The position numbers were made by a program, and so were the translations under genes. Source: a virus (lineage: Duplodnaviria > Caudoviricetes). Taken from it: 64,000 nucleotides of DNA. The DNA lies in the IMG/VR virus record IMGVR_UViG_2821731843_000002; one strand, given 5' to 3'. Each line of letters begins with the position of its first letter. Within the stretch, counting starts at the first letter, position 1. Below the pieces are notes generated by a model. That model did not search any database, had not been told where the DNA came from, and worked only from the letters and a program-made list of their open reading frames with translations. Below, one piece after another: positions 36,147 through 44,692 of the stretch.

Positions 36147-36830
36147 ATGCGATTACACACATTTTCATTTCTAGATCAATATCATCACGGTTCCATTTTT
36201 TCTGATTATCTCGCTTTGAGATATAGGGCATTGGTCAGAAAATTAGGCTGGGACCTGTCACATGATGGATCGGTGGAAATGGATCAGTATGATCATCCAG
36301 GTGCAGTATTCTCGGTCGTTACTTATCAGGGCAAAGTGATCGGTGGAGCGCGTGCATTGCCGTGTAGCGCTTCATGGGGAGGTTGGTCCTATATGCTGAA
36401 AGATGCATCATTGGGTAAGCTTGGACGAATACCAAATGATCTATTGTCCGAGTATCCCAACGCTGGCCATACGTGGGAAGGTACTCGCCTGGTAATGGAC
36501 GAGACAGTTGAGTCGGCACAGGTCCGCCTGATGGCAATACGGTTGGTTGTGTTTGGGCTCTGCAAGTTGGCCAGTAAAGGTGGTGCTGAAACAATAATCT
36601 CTTTGTCTCCTTCACCATTTGGCCGGTTGTTGGGGGTTATGGGGTATACAGCAGTGCCAATTGGTCGGGAATACATCGGCGAGGAAGACAGTCTATCATA
36701 CCGCGCCTTTTCAATGCCGTGCAATCCGCTGATAAATGCGGATGTATGCGCAGGGCTCGAAGTTATATCTGCTCGGTCTGAACAGCTCTTTATCCCTGGA
36801 GGAGAGGTCACCTACCTGCAGAGAGTTTGA
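36147..36830 (+). CDS. luxI: Acyl-homoserine-lactone synthase
   Basis: LRYRALVRKLGW, EMDQYD, GGARALP and WEGTRL are LuxI-family conserved blocks. ATG at 36147 after GGAG. Confidence 0.92.
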   Translation: MRLHTFSFLDQYHHGSIFSDYLALRYRALVRKLGWDLSHDGSVEMDQYDHPGAVFSVVTYQGKVIGGARALPCSASWGGWSYMLKDASLGKLGRIPNDLLSEYPNAGHTWEGTRLVMDETVESAQVRLMAIRLVVFGLCKLASKGGAETIISLSPSPFGRLLGVMGYTAVPIGREYIGEEDSLSYRAFSMPCNPLINADVCAGLEVISARSEQLFIPGGEVTYLQRV

Positions 36831-37121
36831 AACGGTACTCTCCCATAAATGTCGAGAGCGGCCCTGACCTGCCGTTTGTGCCATATCCGTCTAACGGCAG
36901 TTCCCAGCCCATAGCAGTCATTGTTTTTCGGCACATCGGGCGGACGCCGCCGTTCGCTGCAAGTGCAGTGTTTTTTGGACAGCGCCGCAGAAGCAGCCAC
37001 TCACACTATTTTTTTTGGAGCACGTGAAAGCAGCTCTCTTTGCAAGAACTTCAATCGCTTTCCTGAAAGCTTTAGCTTTAAGGCATTTTTCCGTGTTGCC
37101 TTAATCTAGATGATTTGCGAA

Positions 37122-38831
37122 TTAATCTTCTGAGAGTGGATTAACTTTGAAGCGTCTTTCATCCGGCGAATTCCCTGTTTCGTTTGAGTAAGTTTTTATG
37201 AACTCACGCGTATCTCCGTCGTATGTAATGCTACCATGCAGACAGACGCTTGCAACCTTGGGGCTTTTCACTCTCATTCTCTCAAAATGTCTTCGTGTCC
37301 AATCAAGCACGGCTAGTCTGAGGGGGTTTTCTTGTTTGCCATAATTCTTATGCCGTTGATCATTCAGACCCAGAACGTTGAGGCAGAATCCTAAGTAGCT
37401 AGCGCCTTTGAAGTTGTAGAATTCATCCATTCGGCGAATTTCTTGGTAGATTAACCTTGCTACCCTACGATGTATCCATTTGCTGGTTTTGCTTTCGTTG
37501 AAATGAAAAAGCCGACTCCAAACTGTGTTGTGAGTGACGCTCCAACAAATATCGACGGGCTTTCGCACTTGAGATGCTTTGAAGATCAGATCAAATATGA
37601 GGTCCGCGAGGCGTTCATGGAAGCCGTTATTAAATGTGTCTTCTGGTTTGAGTGAAGACCAGATCTCGACGTCCTTGTCGTCAAGAAGTTTCATTAGTGC
37701 ACGCAAAAAATCCACAAGTACAATGAGTCTGGCGTGTTCGTCACGCTGGTAGTATCGACTGTCATCGTCGTTAAGGTTGTAAAGATCGTGGACCATGCTT
37801 TTACAGTTTTCCAAGATTTGGTTCACAGCGAAGCTATCCATGCCATCTAAGCCGTGTGGCGACTCTCCCAACAGGCGCTCAATGTATAGGAGGCTGACGC
37901 GCGTATAAGCTTTCCAATTTTCCGCATCCCATTCGTCACGAATATTGTAGCGTGGGTCCAATGGTGAACTGTGTCTATTTGACAGTGACCGGATCAGCTT
38001 GGGGTTGGCGAAAATTGCGGAGCTGTAGAGCTGGACGTAACCGGACCAACCGGAATCCCAACCACTATCTTCATGGAATATGGGGGAAGTTTTGCAGCTC
38101 AGAAATTCAACGGAGACATTTTGTGCAAATGTATGAAATGAAATTCCCGCCTTATCCTGTGCTGAGACTTCATTAAAAATTGCCTCTGCTGTGTTTGGTG
38201 CAAAGCACGCCATTTCTGCACATACCCTACGATTTGCAAGCAACAACAAAAAATCATGAGCGATTTGTTCGGTTCGGCTCAAATTCCACGGCGTTCCTTT
38301 CTCATTTGGGGGAACCGGTGCAAACTTAATCAAGCTATGTGCCGAGCGTGCTAATTCATGCAGCGCAATCCTTAGCTCTGTGTCACCTTCATGGTGAGTC
38401 GCTCGTTGGTAGAACCAAAAGAACCGGCGGCTGTTCCAACGTGAAAACTTCGGGGGGCGGATATATGAGACGAATACCCAATAGAGTATTGCTAATACGC
38501 AGGGTGCGAGCAGGAAAGAGTCAATTACAAGGCGGTCGTCCATCACAGGCAACAACGGCCAGCCGTTGTAGAACCACACCTCAGCTAGCAATTTCAGTAC
38601 AAAAACTGCCACGAAGAGCCAGAAGCTAAGTTGATAGACAGGTATTGGAGCGAGTGAGAGTCGCAATTTGTTTCTATAGTCCGATATGGTGTATATCACC
38701 AAAAGTAACGCAAGCGCAGATAGATAATCTGAAACGCCAAAAAGTGACTCTGAACCAGATGATCCGGCGGCAACCCAGCATACCTCAAACTCGTAGTATG
38801 CGTCCTTTAAAATCTCTTTGCAGGTCTGCAA
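37122..38831 (-). CDS. Large accessory protein with N-terminal TM helices and a soluble domain
   Basis: 569 aa, AT-richer than the core. About three hydrophobic segments in the first 125 aa. No family recognised. Confidence 0.75.
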   Translation of the reverse strand: MQTCKEILKDAYYEFEVCWVAAGSSGSESLFGVSDYLSALALLLVIYTISDYRNKLRLSLAPIPVYQLSFWLFVAVFVLKLLAEVWFYNGWPLLPVMDDRLVIDSFLLAPCVLAILYWVFVSYIRPPKFSRWNSRRFFWFYQRATHHEGDTELRIALHELARSAHSLIKFAPVPPNEKGTPWNLSRTEQIAHDFLLLLANRRVCAEMACFAPNTAEAIFNEVSAQDKAGISFHTFAQNVSVEFLSCKTSPIFHEDSGWDSGWSGYVQLYSSAIFANPKLIRSLSNRHSSPLDPRYNIRDEWDAENWKAYTRVSLLYIERLLGESPHGLDGMDSFAVNQILENCKSMVHDLYNLNDDDSRYYQRDEHARLIVLVDFLRALMKLLDDKDVEIWSSLKPEDTFNNGFHERLADLIFDLIFKASQVRKPVDICWSVTHNTVWSRLFHFNESKTSKWIHRRVARLIYQEIRRMDEFYNFKGASYLGFCLNVLGLNDQRHKNYGKQENPLRLAVLDWTRRHFERMRVKSPKVASVCLHGSITYDGDTREFIKTYSNETGNSPDERRFKVNPLSED

Positions 38832-39121
38832 TAGCCAACCCCTAATTGCTTACAATGATCATCTGGCACAATAACCTATGTTTCTTCTGCACGACATGAC
38901 ATTTGTAGTGTTCCGTTGTTACGGGTCTCGTACTTAAACAATGATGTTGCGCGATGGGCGAATGGCTAGTCTTGTGAAGTTTCACCGCAGCATCAGATCG
39001 GTCAGCAAAAGGTAAGTATGAACCGTCCGCTCGACTTTGCAAAGTGCTCTATCTGCGCATAGCTGTCCTTGGAGCCGATGGCAGCGAATGGCCGCATAAT
39101 GTTATGGTTCCCCCTAATATC

Positions 39122-39524
39122 GCTTTCTAGTTCCAGCATTAGAAATGGCGTACTAAATTTCCCTACCGCCATGATTTAAAACAACCTTTCTATATCTAGA
39201 AAGTCGTCACCGAACAAAAAAGGCGACTTTCTAGTTCCAAGGTGCAAAAGTCGCTGTAATTATGAGCGTTTGAAGTATCGGAGAAGGGCACTAGCCTTAT
39301 TATTATGGCGCTCTGGGACGCTGGTGGAATTTGCAGAGTTTGGTGTCCCAATATCGGCCTATTGGCGTTTAAAGCCTGTTTTGAGCCTTTTTGAAAGACA
39401 CGCGTCCAATCTGCCCTGGTCACGCTCGGTTGCCTCAAACGCCCTTGTTTTTAAGACTCTATCCGGCTTCTTCCGCCATCTTCCGGGCTCTTCCGGTTAC
39501 TGCAATAACAAGTGTCCAACAACA
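39122..39524. repeat. P1 left end (403-bp repeat, copy 2)
   Basis: Minus strand starts TGTTGTTGGACAC. GGACA-N7-(T/C)TGCA sites at 39501-39517 and 39332-39348, and TCCG at a 10-bp period (39462, 39472, 39482, 39492). Confidence 0.92.
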
Positions 39525-39529
39525 AGCGC
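39525..39529. repeat. 5-bp target-site duplication AGCGC, left-end side of P1
   Basis: Matches 802-806. Confidence 0.9.
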
Positions 39530-39540
39530 TGAGACATCTT

Positions 39541-39828
39541 CTAAAAGCCGCTGTTCGTCTCTGGCCGCAAGGGCAATCCATCGGGCACCGGCACGTCGTG
39601 GGCCACTAACCACTCTCGGATAGCAGTCCAGCGATCCTGGATCATTGGTAGGCACCGATATTCATCCAACCGCCCAACCTCACGCAACAGGGCAGCTTCC
39701 CATTGGAGTTTGAACTCTAGCCGGTGAGACTTAGCCCAGCTTTGGAACGCGGCGCGCCAGGCGTCGTGGTCCGCTGCCTCTAGGGTCTCGTACAAGTCAT
39801 AAGGGATAGTTCGGGGCCAGTCGGGCAT
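39541..39828 (-). CDS. Hypothetical Trp-rich small protein
   Basis: 95 aa with GAGG upstream of the ATG. Its stop lies 11 bp from the P1 target duplication. Confidence 0.6.
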   Translation of the reverse strand: MPDWPRTIPYDLYETLEAADHDAWRAAFQSWAKSHRLEFKLQWEAALLREVGRLDEYRCLPMIQDRWTAIREWLVAHDVPVPDGLPLRPETNSGF

Positions 39829-40045
39829 GTTGTCCTCTCAGGGTTGGATAACAGATGTGTCGCAGTTGGCAGGAACGCAAGGCCCAGAAGATTTCGCTTG
39901 GGCGCAATTGGTGCCAGGCGTATTGGAACGAGATAGTTGCAATGACCGAGCAGGCGGCGGCGAAAACCGATTAGAAAGCCACCGCGAAGAAGTTCTTAAA
40001 CAGTCTTTGAAAGGCCTGTAGGACAGAGTCCGCCTGACTTAAGTG

Positions 40046-40753
40046 TTACCGAGGTCCATCGATCCATAGCCAGCTGAGATTTTCATATTTTATCCATTCG
40101 CTGTTGAAGTAAGCCACATCGACGACGATGCAGATCAGACCAATGGGCAGAATGATTTCGAAGAGTAAATAACCTACAAATGCTGGATAACCGATCAAAT
40201 TGTGAAATAGTTGCCGCGCCAACTTCCAATACATGTATTTGGAATATGAGAGAATTTGCAGCCTCGCCTCTTCCATGACGCGAATAGCTTCAGACATCCT
40301 TTCATCCTGCGACAAAGTGCTGTTCTCATCTTGGAAAATGTCATGAATACTCTCAGACACTTCTACTACTTGATCGTTCGGTTGATAGTAAGGTTCCTTA
40401 AATTTAGCCATCTTGCGTACAGTGAATTTGCAAGCTGGTACTTTCAATATGTTGATGACGTTCGAATTTAGTGACATCACATCAGTCAACTTGTGAGCGC
40501 TTCCGATCCAGTTCTTTTGCCAAGTCATGAAGAAGACATCTGAAATCAGGTTTATTGCGTACCGAACAAACAGCAAAGCAGTTACCCAAAACAGGGTTGT
40601 GGTGACATACTCTGGCTTGAGCTTGATGTTGACCGCTGTTTCGGCCATTGGGGCCAAATCAATATCAAATATGTATATTGATAAGAATGCTGTCGCTGAT
40701 ACGAAAAATGATGTTTGGCGTTTCAGAGTCAGCGTACTCAGTGGTTTTTCCAT
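40046..40753 (-). CDS. Accessory membrane protein downstream of the P2' modification cassette
   Basis: 235 aa, AT-rich, with two N-terminal and one or two C-terminal TM segments. Confidence 0.7.
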   Translation of the reverse strand: MEKPLSTLTLKRQTSFFVSATAFLSIYIFDIDLAPMAETAVNIKLKPEYVTTTLFWVTALLFVRYAINLISDVFFMTWQKNWIGSAHKLTDVMSLNSNVINILKVPACKFTVRKMAKFKEPYYQPNDQVVEVSESIHDIFQDENSTLSQDERMSEAIRVMEEARLQILSYSKYMYWKLARQLFHNLIGYPAFVGYLLFEIILPIGLICIVVDVAYFNSEWIKYENLSWLWIDGPR

Positions 40754-40868
40754 CGGTTCCTCAATTTCATATTGGCTAAGTTGACTAGTGGCCTGCTGGC
40801 TTCAGAAAAACACAGAATAGAAAAACTTAATTTGCGCTGAATCTCCAGGCACACTTTAAACGCAAGTG

Positions 40869-40890
40869 GAACGGGGTTTAAACCCCGTTC
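40869..40890. terminator. Perfect 22-bp palindrome after the formyltransferase gene
   Basis: GAACGGGGTTTAAACCCCGTTC. Could be a terminator hairpin or a protein-binding site. Confidence 0.5.
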
Positions 40891-40934
40891 AAAAGCTCCT
40901 TTTTCAACGCTTCAAACGCACTTGCCCTAGGGCG

Positions 40935-41492
40935 TCACCGTGCCAATGCTTGCACGGCTTCTGCCAATAGATCTGCCCCCATTGGTGCCAGCGCCCGCCT
41001 CCACAGCCCCATCGCCGTTTCACCGGGCAGGATCTGCACTTGGTCCTGGAGCCTTCGCCCGTTGGCAATGACCGCCGGTCCGCCGTCAATTGCATCCGTC
41101 AGCCAGTAGACGGTGCCGCCGGTAAACCGCGCGTCGTCTGCCAGGCAATCGCGGATGGCGTTACGGCCCTTGTAGGCGGGGAGAATAGACGGGTGGTAGC
41201 CGATAGCCCCCAGCCGGGCCCATTCAATGAACCAGCCCGGCACAATGCGGAAGGAGTGGGCAGATATAACCAGATCCGGACGCCAGGGCAGATCAGCCGA
41301 CAACAGGGGCAGGGCGCGCGGCTTGACCGTGCACGGCAGCTCCAGGTCCTTGGCGGCGCGGGCAGCCAGACGGTCCTCAGGCTCAGTTATCAACGCTGTT
41401 GCAACTCCTTCGGCATCAAGGCGTCGCAGGGTCTCGGCAGCAAGCCAGGAACAGCCAATCACGGCCACGCGGAACTGATTGTTACTCGACAT
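40935..41492 (-). CDS. Formyltransferase (Fmt/PurN N-terminal domain only)
   Basis: YHPSILPAYKG, GGTVYWL...DGGP. 185 aa, overlapping the upstream gene. Confidence 0.88.
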   Translation of the reverse strand: MSSNNQFRVAVIGCSWLAAETLRRLDAEGVATALITEPEDRLAARAAKDLELPCTVKPRALPLLSADLPWRPDLVISAHSFRIVPGWFIEWARLGAIGYHPSILPAYKGRNAIRDCLADDARFTGGTVYWLTDAIDGGPAVIANGRRLQDQVQILPGETAMGLWRRALAPMGADLLAEAVQALAR

Positions 41493-42558
41493 AGCGAAAC
41501 CCCTGTACTGCTCGGAAATGCCCGCCTAAGCGACCTTTGATGCCGCTGGACTTGGCGGATGATTTTTGGCCGAGATTGGCTGAGGTTTGTGCCCAAAGCG
41601 GTTGCGCCCTGAGCGCCGTGGCAAGGCCGGGATGGGACGTGTGGAACAGGGTGGGCAAGGGGCGTTGATAGCGGTTCACACCGCGCCGCCACAAGGCGCA
41701 CAGCTCATTTAGGAACCGCAGCCCCAGCCCTGCTCCTTGCCATTCGGGCATGATAACAAGGCGGCAGGCGCGGGCCTCAACCAGCCCCGGTCTAGGGCTG
41801 AAACAGATATGCGCCACGGGTTCGTTGTCGACAAAGCCGACGTAGTAATCAGCGGCCACCATGCGGGGCAGCTTCAGGTAGTGATGCGGCTCAAACAGGG
41901 GCCAGTAGGAACCATCGGTTTTGTGAATGTCCATTGTGAGGCGCGGGGGCCGTCGAAGACGCCTCCATTTGAATTCGGCGCTACGGGTATCAATGACCCA
42001 ATCGGGCTGCAGCCATTGCACAACGTCGTCGTGGCAAGTGACGCCGACAAACTGACCTCCGGTGCGCCGCCAGGCCTTGGCAAATGCCGCCGCGCCAATC
42101 CGGGCCACGCGGCGATCAATTGTCGATGTGAACTCGTCCACAACGGCCAGCTTTGGCTTGTCACACAGCAGGCGGGCGAGGTTGGCGCGGAACTGTTCGC
42201 CGTTGGATAACAGCCCATGCGGGCGCAGCCAGCTCGGGACCGATCCGAGCCCAACGGCGGCCAGGGCAGCCGTGACACTGTCCATTTCAGCGTCTGGGGC
42301 AATGGCCTCTATAATGGCCTGGTCTATGGGCCACTTTGGGTCGCGGGTGATAGCCTTGCCAAAGAGCGCGCGCCCGAGTGAGGTTTTTCCGGTACCAGAC
42401 GGCCCAACAATGAGGCCGACGCCCCAAGGCTGTGCGTTTAAATCGGCTTCAACGGTCAATTTAAAGTCGGCGTCGCCTTCGACATTGAACATGCTGGAGA
42501 CCCGCGCGGCACGGTAGGTTTCAGGAATGGGCGATTTGTGGTGGATCTCGACCTTCAT
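41482..42558 (-). CDS. ABC-type ATPase fused to a GNAT acyltransferase-like domain
   Basis: Walker A GPSGTGKT, signature LSNGEQ, Walker B VVDEF and H-loop TCH. C-terminal RLVIMPEWQGAGLG is GNAT motif A. Confidence 0.88.
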   Translation of the reverse strand: MKVEIHHKSPIPETYRAARVSSMFNVEGDADFKLTVEADLNAQPWGVGLIVGPSGTGKTSLGRALFGKAITRDPKWPIDQAIIEAIAPDAEMDSVTAALAAVGLGSVPSWLRPHGLLSNGEQFRANLARLLCDKPKLAVVDEFTSTIDRRVARIGAAAFAKAWRRTGGQFVGVTCHDDVVQWLQPDWVIDTRSAEFKWRRLRRPPRLTMDIHKTDGSYWPLFEPHHYLKLPRMVAADYYVGFVDNEPVAHICFSPRPGLVEARACRLVIMPEWQGAGLGLRFLNELCALWRRGVNRYQRPLPTLFHTSHPGLATALRAQPLWAQTSANLGQKSSAKSSGIKGRLGGHFRAVQGFRYVE

Positions 42559-42755
42559 GTGTTCACCACCTTGCAGCGGTGCCCGTGGCCGGTCAGCTGT
42601 TCAAATAGGGATTTCTGCGCCGGTTCGTCCTGGACCAGGACAATGACGCCGAACTGCTGTTTATAGCGGTTCCCCTTGGGTATTCCGTGGGTTCCCGGCG
42701 GTAGCGGGGGCAGGTTGATTTCTTCGGATTTGGCCACTGGAGCCTTCCTTTCCAT
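42555..42755 (-). CDS. Small protein heading the modification cassette
   Basis: 66 aa from ATG 42755, or 60 aa from GTG 42737. QFGVIVLVQDE...LFEQL...CKVV. ATGA overlap with the ATPase-GNAT gene. Confidence 0.7.
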   Translation of the reverse strand: MERKAPVAKSEEINLPPLPPGTHGIPKGNRYKQQFGVIVLVQDEPAQKSLFEQLTGHGHRCKVVNT

Positions 42756-42915
42756 CGCGCTCCTGGCGCTTGGATAAAGGGCTCTGTTGTGGCCTCAAAT
42801 GATTGTGTGCCTTGCATCTTGGGCACTTGATGTTGAGCGCGCCGTTTAGGGCATCACTCTCTATTTTAAATAGCAGTCGGGCACATTGGCCGCAACGCTG
42901 GTCTTGCATGGACAA
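42661..42915 (-). CDS. com: Com-family zinc-finger regulator (P2' copy, longer C-terminus)
   Basis: First ~57 aa almost identical to 2565-2753. Confidence 0.85.
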   Translation of the reverse strand: MSMQDQRCGQCARLLFKIESDALNGALNIKCPRCKAHNHLRPQQSPLSKRQERDGKEGSSGQIRRNQPAPATAGNPRNTQGEPL

Positions 42916-43060
42916 GTGGAATCACCTCAGAAAGGCCACACCCTCGCGAGGGGTGGGAGCGGCCATGAGGAAATGCTGGTCGGCGGGGTTTAGTGTGAAT
43001 ATTAGTCCCCGTGTTAAGGAGTGTTACAGCACCCCTTAGCCTCCCTGTAAGGAGGCGTTA
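42749..43060. repeat. com module, copy 2
   Basis: Near-identical to 2587-2899. Confidence 0.95.
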
Positions 43061-44680
43061 CGACGCCGCCATCAGGAAGCACATCAGCTCGGCGTAGCGC
43101 AGGCCCAGGCGATCTCCGTTGGGCTCCTCGACCGCGTATTCCTCGGCGACGATCTCCATGACCGGAATGCGGTGTGTGCCGATTTTGGTGCCGTCTTCGT
43201 CAACCAGTGGAATGTCAGCCATGACACCCTGTTTGACTGTTTTGGACACCAGCGTTTGAACTGCGACCCCGTCCACAACTTCAACTTCCATGACGTCAGA
43301 TGTGATCGTCTCAGTCACTTGCCGCTCAACTTCGCGGGTCTTGGTGACGGTCTTGGTAACAGGTGTGCGGGTGAACAGGCTGTAGCGGCCTACGTCCAGC
43401 CCCTCGGCGTCAAATGCTGCTTCGACGTCCTGGGCGATAAAGCCGCAGTGCAGCCGGGCGGCGTTCTCGCCCTTGGCCTCGACCGCATCAATCCACTGAT
43501 AGATACGAGTGCCTGCCATGAGCGAAGCAGCCACCCGTTTTTCCGCATCGTTCAACACCCGAATACCGTGTTTCAGGCGCTCATCAGAGGACTGAATTGC
43601 CGTGTTGGTGGCATAGAAATCATCCCAGCGGAAGGACGCCGTGCCCAGGCTTTGAGCGTCATCTGTACCGGGGTGAATATGACCGTCGTACCTGATCCGC
43701 AGCCTTTCCACCGGGTCAGCGGCAGAGGACGTAAAGAACGACATTCCGACCTGTGTAGACCCATCCTGAACAGATCGAATAGAGGCATCCCGCGACCCGA
43801 CACCGTTGCGGCTGGGATCAAGTGAAAGCTGCACAACGCCGTCGCTGGAGTGCCTGCGCAGTGCCAAATGCGCGGCACTGTCGCTCTTAACGGTGACGGC
43901 TGAACCAGCAATTGGCGCAACGCCGACGCCCAGCCCATCGGAGGTCAACTTTAGACCCTCGACCCCTTCTACCCGCCAACTATGGCTGGTCGCACCAAGA
44001 GCCCCCAGTCTCATCTCATAATCGATTGAGACACTCGCTCCGGCATCATCCCGTGTGGCCATTCGGAACACATCGGTCCAACGAAGAAAGCGAGTGCGTT
44101 GGTGGCTCGCCGGGTCGTCACTATTGCTGAGGTCCATAACGGGTGAAGGACCAACCACGTTGACAGCAGAAAACGACGCTACAGCCGGTGTCGCTTGCCC
44201 AATCGGGGTATCTTCCAATGCAAGCATTTCTGCCCGGTCAGTGAACAGCTTGATGATATCCGTGCCACCGGCGACCAAGGCCCAGTTGTTGTCGCCGATG
44301 CGGCGCGCGCCGCTGTCCAGGTCCGCAAGGAACCGCCAGCCTGGTGCGCCCAAAGTGCCATCTGGGAACTTACCCTGGCCCGCGCCGTCGTAGATCGACT
44401 GGTAATTGGTGATCAGCGATTGGACCGACGCCACCAGGGCAATGTCCAGGCTGTTGGTGGGAAAGATCGCATAGGCCTGCGGCGAGGCTGTTGCCCCCTG
44501 ATAAGCAGTGCCCAGTGTGAGGGAGGCGGCATCCGTAATGCTCTCGATTTCATAGAGCCGGCCATCGGGGCCGACAAAACCCCAGCCGTTTTGCAATGCA
44601 CCAAACCAGCCGGTGCCGGTCCCGGTGACAAGGGTTGCGCCGTTGGTGACGCTGACAGTGCCGGTGCTGTACCATGACAT
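43058..44680 (-). CDS. Tail fibre with C-terminal intramolecular chaperone (peptidase S74-like)
   Basis: N-terminal WYSTGTVSVTNG; C-terminal SDERLK, GFIAQDV and LRYAEL. Confidence 0.88.
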   Translation of the reverse strand: MSWYSTGTVSVTNGATLVTGTGTGWFGALQNGWGFVGPDGRLYEIESITDAASLTLGTAYQGATASPQAYAIFPTNSLDIALVASVQSLITNYQSIYDGAGQGKFPDGTLGAPGWRFLADLDSGARRIGDNNWALVAGGTDIIKLFTDRAEMLALEDTPIGQATPAVASFSAVNVVGPSPVMDLSNSDDPASHQRTRFLRWTDVFRMATRDDAGASVSIDYEMRLGALGATSHSWRVEGVEGLKLTSDGLGVGVAPIAGSAVTVKSDSAAHLALRRHSSDGVVQLSLDPSRNGVGSRDASIRSVQDGSTQVGMSFFTSSAADPVERLRIRYDGHIHPGTDDAQSLGTASFRWDDFYATNTAIQSSDERLKHGIRVLNDAEKRVAASLMAGTRIYQWIDAVEAKGENAARLHCGFIAQDVEAAFDAEGLDVGRYSLFTRTPVTKTVTKTREVERQVTETITSDVMEVEVVDGVAVQTLVSKTVKQGVMADIPLVDEDGTKIGTHRIPVMEIVAEEYAVEEPNGDRLGLRYAELMCFLMAAS

Positions 44681-44692
44681 AATTTGTATCCC

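Larger units (their letters stand above)
807..39524 (-). mobile_element. Complete Mu-like transposable prophage P1 (38,718 bp, contractile tail)
   Basis: TGT...ACA termini and AGCGC duplication. Mu gene order: repressor, early genes, A, B, GemA, Mor/C, lysis, gp25-29, F, I, T, gp36, G, tail, com, methylase. Confidence 0.95.

Noticed and set aside
36845-39095. Integron
   Set aside because: No tyrosine recombinase is present in the window, and the hairpins lack clear RYYYAAC/GTTRRRY ends.
39462-39501. 10-bp periodic TCCG repeats as a possible CRISPR or minisatellite
   Set aside because: The units are too short, there are no spacers and no cas genes. They are part of the phage end.
39530-39545. 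TGAGACAT as the P2' right end abutting P1
   Set aside because: It starts with TG but has no GGACA-N7-TTGCA site at position 8, and it runs straight into the stop codon of the 95-aa ORF.
40935-41492. Formyltransferase as the partner of the phage fMet-like tRNA
   Set aside because: The two are in different prophages. The enzyme lacks the tRNA-binding C-terminal domain of Fmt and is translationally coupled to the ATPase-GNAT gene.
41482-42558. ABC transporter
   Set aside because: There is no permease nearby. The ATPase is fused to a GNAT domain and sits at the mom position.
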